DNA of 32,000 nt from Candidatus Electrothrix sp. GW3-4 (lineage in GTDB: Bacteria; Desulfobacterota; Desulfobulbia; Desulfobulbales; Desulfobulbaceae), in contig NZ_CP147990.1 of assembly GCF_037902255.1 (NCBI RefSeq), positions 1,140,001 through 1,172,000 of the forward strand, in the 5' to 3' direction. Shown piece by piece: positions 26,887-32,000 of this stretch. The translations under genes and the position numbers were made by a program. The notes beneath the pieces are model-generated. The model had not been told where the DNA came from and did no database searches. It saw nothing but the letters and a program-made list of their open reading frames with translations. How positions within the stretch are numbered: the stretch's first letter is position 1; every line of letters begins with the position of its first letter.

Positions 26887-29767
26887 GTTTCAATCCACGC
26901 CCCCGTGTGGGGGGCGACAGAGCAGATGGCTGAAGCCCGTGCCAATGCTGATGTTTCAATCCACGCCCCCGTGTGGGGGGCGACTGACTTTCTTGGAAGT
27001 TTACGGTGACCAAGTCATGTTTCAATCCACGCCCCCGTGTGGGGGGCGACTTGCTCAGATGGTGGCAGAGACAGACGAGGAAGGGGTTTCAATCCACGCC
27101 CCCGTGTGGGGGGCGACGCCGTTTTCCGCTGGTGTGCTATTGTTTTTTTTAGTTTCAATCCACGCCCCCGTGTGGGGGGCGACGGTGATGATGACGAGTA
27201 TACGGTCGGCTTGGTGGGTTTCAATCCACGCCCCCGTGTGGGGGGCGACGGTGATGATGACGAGTATACGGTCGGCTTGGTGGGTTTCAATCCACGCCCC
27301 CGTGTGGGGGCGACGCCGCGAGCCTCCGAAAGAATATCCTTTGATTTCTGTTTCAATCCACGCCCCCGTGTGGGGGGCGACGCTCTCCGTTTGATGATGG
27401 CGTCGGCTTTACTGACGTTTCAATCCACGCCCCCGTGTGGGGGCGACTGGGCGCGACGCGTAAGGAGGTCCAGTCCACGTTGTTTCAATCCACGCCCCCG
27501 TGTGGGGGGCGACTCATCTAATCCATAAAACTCATGACCCCGCTTGGGTTTCAATCCACGCCCCCGTGTGGGGGGCGACGCAGATAGGGAAATGGTCTCA
27601 ACAGCTGACTTCATGTTTCAATCCACGCCCCCGTGTGGGGGGCGACTAATATGTCGAAAGTGGAGGAGCTAACAGACAGCGTTTCAATCCACGCCCCCGT
27701 GTGGGGGCGACCGATGACCAGGGGTTTGGTGATAACTACGAAGATGTTTCAATCCACGCCCCCGTGTGGGGGGCGACTTATATCTACCCTACTCGGGGTA
27801 GAGGTTAAAATGTTTCAATCCACGCCCCCGTGTGGGGGGCGACCCAACTCGGGCTGAAGGGCTGTATTGGCCAAAATGTTTCAATCCACGCCCCCGTGTG
27901 GGGGGCGACGTACATGGACGACCAAAAGGACAAGGCCGTCAAGGTTTCAATCCACGCCCCCGTGTGGGGGGCGACCATTAAGAGGGTGACAATTTCTTTA
28001 CCAGTGGCCTTGTTTCAATCCACGCCCCCGTGTGGGGGGCGACATGAGTCAGGATCGTCTAATCCTGCTGGGGAAAAAGTTTCAATCCACGCCCCCGTGT
28101 GGGGGGCGACGGACACGACTCAAGTCGCCAAATTGCACAGCCATAGTTTCAATCCACGCCCCCGTGTGGGGGGCGACAGAGGAAATTGAAGAGATCGGCT
28201 ACGAGTGGGGTTTCAATCCACGCCCCCGTGTGGGGGGCGACTTACGGACCTGGAAAAAGATTATTGGTTGTCCCTGTTTCAATCCACGCCCCCGTGTGGG
28301 GGGCGACGTATTGGTATTCAAGATCTCCAGCAGTTGGCGAAGTTTCAATCCACGCCCCCGTGTGGGGGGCGACGGACACGACTCAAGTCGCCAAATTGCA
28401 CAGCCATAGTTTCAATCCACGCCCCCGTGTGGGGGGCGACCGCATTGGTTTTGTCGTCAAGTCGTCGGGTAGACGAGTTTCAATCCACGCCCCCGTGTGG
28501 GGGGCGACCGCATGTTGGATATCGGAGAGGTGCCTAGTCGCAATGTTTCAATCCACGCCCCCGTGTGGGGGCGACCCAGAACGTTAAATACAAGCGGCAG
28601 GGCTTAGGGGTTTCAATCCACGCCCCCGTGTGGGGGGCGACCTTTACAGAGTCAGGTGCAAAACCCATACCGGCAGTTTCAATCCACGCCCCCGTGTGGG
28701 GGGCGACACCCACCCGGCACCGTTCACGTTTTCCTGAAGCTGGTTTCAATCCACGCCCCCGTGTGGGGGGCGACTCCACGGTATAGAGGAGAGGTATTGA
28801 CGGCAAAAGTTTCAATCCACGCCCCCGTGTGGGGGGCGACTGCGGTGTCATGGTAACCTGTTGTATCGGAGCCGGGTTTCAATCCACGCCCCCGTGTGGG
28901 GGGCGACAAAAATTTTTCAACAGGACTTTTTGACGGGCAAGTTTCAATCCACGCCCCCGTGTGGGGGGCGACGTGGAGTTCGGGCGATAACGCCAAAATT
29001 TTGTTGTTTCAATCCACGCCCCCGTGTGGGGGGCGACCTCCTGTCAACTGCAAAGCCGTCGTAATAGTCATGGTTTCAATCCACGCCCCCGTGTGGGGGG
29101 CGACGTTGTCCTGGTTAGAGGGGCCAAGCCCTATAGCTGGTTTCAATCCACGCCCCCGTGTGGGGGGCGACGTTCTTCCTGTCCGGGTTGGTCAAGGCCG
29201 CGAAAGTTTCAATCCACGCCCCCGTGTGGGGGGCGACATCGCTGTGAGAGGGATGTTGTTTTCGTTAGACGGTTTCAATCCACGCCCCCGTGTGGGGGGC
29301 GACACCGGCAAATCAACCTTTATCCGATTTTTAACAGTTTCAATCCACGCCCCCGTGTGGGGGGCGACAAAAAACAGCCATTGGAGAGGTCGCCGACGCG
29401 CTGTTTCAATCCACGCCCCCGTGTGGGGGGCGACGTCATGACTTAGCACTAGGGATTAATAATTTATAGGTTTCAATCCACGCCCCCGTGTGGGGGGCGA
29501 CCCAGTCGCAAAGGTCTTTGCCCCTCAAAGGGGCAAGTTTCAATCCACGCCCCCGTGTGGGGGGCGACGGGTATATATCCGAGACCCACGCCATGATGGA
29601 GAGTTTCAATCCACGCCCCCGTGTGGGGGGCGACTAAGGTCCAACTGGGAGCGGTACCAGTATGCCAAAGTTTCAATCCACGCCCCCGTGTGGGGGGCGA
29701 CATTAGAATAGTTTGTACCTTATATGTTTTATAAAGTTTCAATCCACGCCCCCGTGTGGGGGGCGAC
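26887..29767 (-). CRISPR. CRISPR array, 44 repeats / 43 spacers, type I-C-like repeat
   Basis: The repeat GTTTCAATCCACGCCCCCGTGTGGGGGGCGAC (32 nt) occurs at 26887, 26953, 27019 ... 29736, with spacers of 32-36 nt. Its reverse complement GTCGCCCCCCACACGGGGGCGTGGATTGAAAC has the I-C layout (GTCGC, GC stem-loop, GTGGATTGAAAC handle), so I assigned the minus strand. The four repeats starting at 27284, 27417, 27681 and 28545 are 31 nt (G5 instead of G6). Confidence 0.98.
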
Positions 29768-30036
29768 TGTCAAGCTGTAAGCGACTGTTACCGCTTGACG
29801 AATTACTGCAATTGCGCGAACCGCATTTTTCGGACGCGGTCGCAAAGAACAGAATATGTCCTTTTTAATAAAAACCTCCTGATTTCAATATGTGCGAACC
29901 TCCCAGGTTTTTCTGTCCGTTAGGGGTTCGCGCAAGTGTTTTTGGGTGACATTTCGCCGTAATCAGATGCAGAGAGTGTATTTCTACAATATCATTTATT
30001 AATTACCCCGACAATCCTTATCCGAAGTTTCAACAG
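29768..30036 (-). promoter_or_regulatory. putative CRISPR leader (AT-rich, non-coding)
   Basis: This 269-nt AT-rich stretch abuts the repeat end that would be promoter-proximal under the I-C orientation. It contains the repeated motif GCGAACC/GGTTCGC (29814, 29894, 29925) and imperfect hairpins. The assignment depends on the orientation inference. Confidence 0.4.
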
Positions 30037-30068
30037 GTTCAATCCATGCCCCGCGTGGAAAGGGCGAC
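30037..30068 (-). repeat. solo degenerate CRISPR repeat
   Basis: GTTCAATCCATGCCCCGCGTGGAAAGGGCGAC shares the ends and core of the array repeat (TTCAATCCA.GCCCC, GGGCGAC) but is mutated in the stem. It is preceded by a partial GTTTCAAC at 30027-30034. Confidence 0.6.
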
Positions 30069-30337
30069 TTCAAACGAATGCATACATTTGATCGGATCGC
30101 AACTATGCAGTTCAGCAGCCGGACCTATCTGATGAGATTAAGCAAAGCAGTGCTTACGTACCGGAAGATCGGGCTCACCTATAAAGATATGAGCGACCTT
30201 GCCTTGGCAGAGGAATACATCAGCAGTTCTCTCTCCAAAGAGAGCTACGGTGCTGGTACGTGTGTACAAGTTGCAGGATTTGCCTGATGCAGCTCCTGCT
30301 GTCCGCTCAGGCCGGTTTTAGCGAGTAAGATTCACCC

Positions 30338-30880
30338 TTATTTCGTACTCTCAGCAGGGTACTCTGCCCCTTTCCAGGCAAAGATACCGCCAGGATGACG
30401 CAGGACCTTGGTGTAGCCCAGTTTTCTTGCCCACATGGCCCCGTTATGACTGCGGGTACATTTGACAAAACCGCAGTAGACCACAATGGTTTTGTCTTTA
30501 TCCGTCCCTAACAGAGCTGCATAATCTTCCTGGCTCTTTCCTCTTGTCTCCTTGCTGTCCCAGCTCTCCATGGGGGGGATGGGAAAGAGAAACTGCTTGG
30601 CCCCAGGGATGTGGTTTTTCTTGTAGCTATCCTCATACGGCATGGTGTCGATGATCAGGATATCCTCGCCAGCGTCAATGAGCTTTTTTAACTCCTCAGT
30701 GGTGATCAGTCCATAATCACCCTGCACGGTCTCGCGGGCCAGCTTGACCGCCCCTTGCTCCTTTTCCACCTCCTTTGCAAATTTGTTTTCGCCAAACCCG
30801 AATGCAGAGGCAGAGCTTGCCCCCAGGGTCAGTACGGCGCCAACCATTGTCCAGGTGAGAAGTTTTTTCATATTACGCAT
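30338..30880 (-). CDS. secreted rhodanese-domain sulfurtransferase, 180 aa
   Basis: The signal peptide ends ..SSASAF. A rhodanese fold is indicated by the active-site loop CGFVKCTRS (CxxxxxR). A GGAG SD is present. Confidence 0.85.
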   Translation of the reverse strand: MRNMKKLLTWTMVGAVLTLGASSASAFGFGENKFAKEVEKEQGAVKLARETVQGDYGLITTEELKKLIDAGEDILIIDTMPYEDSYKKNHIPGAKQFLFPIPPMESWDSKETRGKSQEDYAALLGTDKDKTIVVYCGFVKCTRSHNGAMWARKLGYTKVLRHPGGIFAWKGAEYPAESTK

Positions 30881-31409
30881 TGTTTTCTCCTTTTGTTGAG
30901 AAATTTATTGTTTTCCCGGTGTTCCGGGAGCTATATTTGGATAAAAAAGGAAATGCTGTAAGGTGGCGCAGGCGCATTGCCGTGACGAAGCGGTACCCGT
31001 AGAGAAAGAGACAGCCCGCCAGCATCACCAGATCACGATACACGGCCTGGTAGAGCCCTTGGGCGCCATTATCCTGTTGATCCCCGGAGCCAAAACAGCC
31101 ACAATCCACGGCAAGGCCGAGATGAATGCCATACATGAGCACGGCAATAAAGAGGAGCAGAAGGAGAGTAATGCCTGTTAGACCTCCCCGTAGGTCCAGC
31201 AGGAGAGCAAGGGCTGCAATGAGCTCTGCAACAACCAGCAAGACCGCTGTCGGGAGGACGAATCCCTCCGGGACCAGACCGTAATCGCTGATGGTCAGAG
31301 CAAAAGAGGGCAGTGCAAAGAGCTTGCCAGCAGCTGCATAGAGGAAGAGAGCACTGATCAGCAGGCGGGTGCCATGATAGCCCCATAGCAAGGCAGTATG
31401 GGTTAGCAT
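30873..31409 (-). CDS. MauE/DoxX-family redox-associated membrane protein, 178 aa
   Basis: It has four or five TM helices and the DCGCFG motif typical of MauE-like proteins. It overlaps the rhodanese start by 8 nt, indicating an operon. Confidence 0.8.
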   Translation of the reverse strand: MLTHTALLWGYHGTRLLISALFLYAAAGKLFALPSFALTISDYGLVPEGFVLPTAVLLVVAELIAALALLLDLRGGLTGITLLLLLFIAVLMYGIHLGLAVDCGCFGSGDQQDNGAQGLYQAVYRDLVMLAGCLFLYGYRFVTAMRLRHLTAFPFLSKYSSRNTGKTINFSTKGENNA

Positions 31410-31855
31410 GGGGCTGTCTCCTGGTGCGAGATAGGGGCAATAAGGGGTACTCGGCGGAAAAAGGCGCTTTCCCTGTTCGACAGGGGAGGGGGTCTAAGAT
31501 TTGACAGCTTCATCTGTGCATTATCCGGTCATGTTCAGCCTCAGCCTGAATCGGCAGGCATTTCATTCCCGCATCATGAAACAATGAAGCCCAGGTACAA
31601 GGAGTAAGGGCAGGTTCAGGAAAGCAGAAGAGAAAATGCGCGTGCCGTCAGCGCACCCAACCTGGGCGGCCTTGTCAGACAATTTCCTCAGTATCTTTTC
31701 GGCAAGTGCATAGCGTTTTTCGATGGTTGGTGGAAAAAGGATGGTTTGTTTTGGGGCTGTCTATAAAACAGATTGTCTGCGCCGTCAATGGGAAATCTAG
31801 TTCTTTTGGGCGGAACTCTGAGCTGTGTTGCAGGAATCGTGATGAGGAAACCCCG

Positions 31856-31884
31856 TTGACAAGGGAACAAAGGCTGCGTAAACT
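31856..31884 (+). promoter_or_regulatory. Candidate sigma70 promoter TTGACA-17-TAAACT
   Basis: Hexamers read directly from the sequence. It points toward the right window edge. Only a 21-codon ORF follows within the window. Confidence 0.35.
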
Positions 31885-32000
31885 CCTACTCAGTAAGAGA
31901 ACTGTATCTCTGACTTGTTGAGCAGACATGATGAGTTGGCCGATCCCCTGTATTGTCGTGAAGAGCTGGCTCTCGTTGATTATTAAGAGATAGGTCGTAG

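Noticed and set aside
26939-29742. Many 64-181-aa ORFs on both strands across the array, with recurring peptides such as [21 protein letters not shown] and [10 protein letters not shown].
   Set aside because: They are translations of the CRISPR repeat in different frames, interrupted by spacers. They are not genes.
30078-30287. A 69-aa ORF between the solo repeat and the rhodanese gene, with a TPR-like fragment (IGLTYKDMSDLALAEEYI).
   Set aside because: It has no SD and no family match. It could be a gene remnant, but I cannot support it as a functional CDS. I also translated the minus strand here looking for a Cas2/Cas1 remnant and found none.

Overview
This 32-kb chromosomal window holds about 28 supportable protein genes, mostly housekeeping. 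Gene content and the CRISPR repeat type suggest a Desulfobacterota-like anaerobe, but that is inference only.

Genes, left to right:
- DUF4160 small protein and a hypothetical
- ppsA (minus strand), then nifU-nifS
- a low-GC DUF817 membrane gene
- a bacterial ROCO protein (LRR-Roc-COR)
- pepF and a hypothetical
- a TPR lipoprotein-like protein and an Fe-type alcohol dehydrogenase
- a truncated-looking DoxX gene and a PilZ protein
- an OmpR/HisKA two-component operon with small envelope proteins
- a Csp cold-shock gene, an ABC-F ATPase and a DEAD-box helicase
- a DUF3012 lipoprotein and a GlsB/YeaQ protein
- an unrecognisable 393-aa protein
- a 2.9-kb CRISPR array
- a rhodanese/MauE pair

The CRISPR array has 44 repeats and 43 spacers. 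Its repeat has the type I-C (Dvulg) layout when read on the minus strand. No cas gene is visible anywhere in the window.

I see no convincing new multi-gene system. The most interesting items are:
- the cas-less but well-preserved array, its AT-rich leader-like flank and a solo degenerate repeat beyond it
- two duplicated spacers and structure-neutral 31-nt repeat variants
- the unknown 393-aa gene abutting the array
- the ROCO GTPase
- two small ORFs near the two-component operon whose frames are broken at an 8-bp tandem duplication and at a CCCTTTT slippery heptamer
- a promoter-plus-terminator unit upstream of csp that looks like an sRNA or attenuator

All family calls come from reading the translations by eye. 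No database search was possible.
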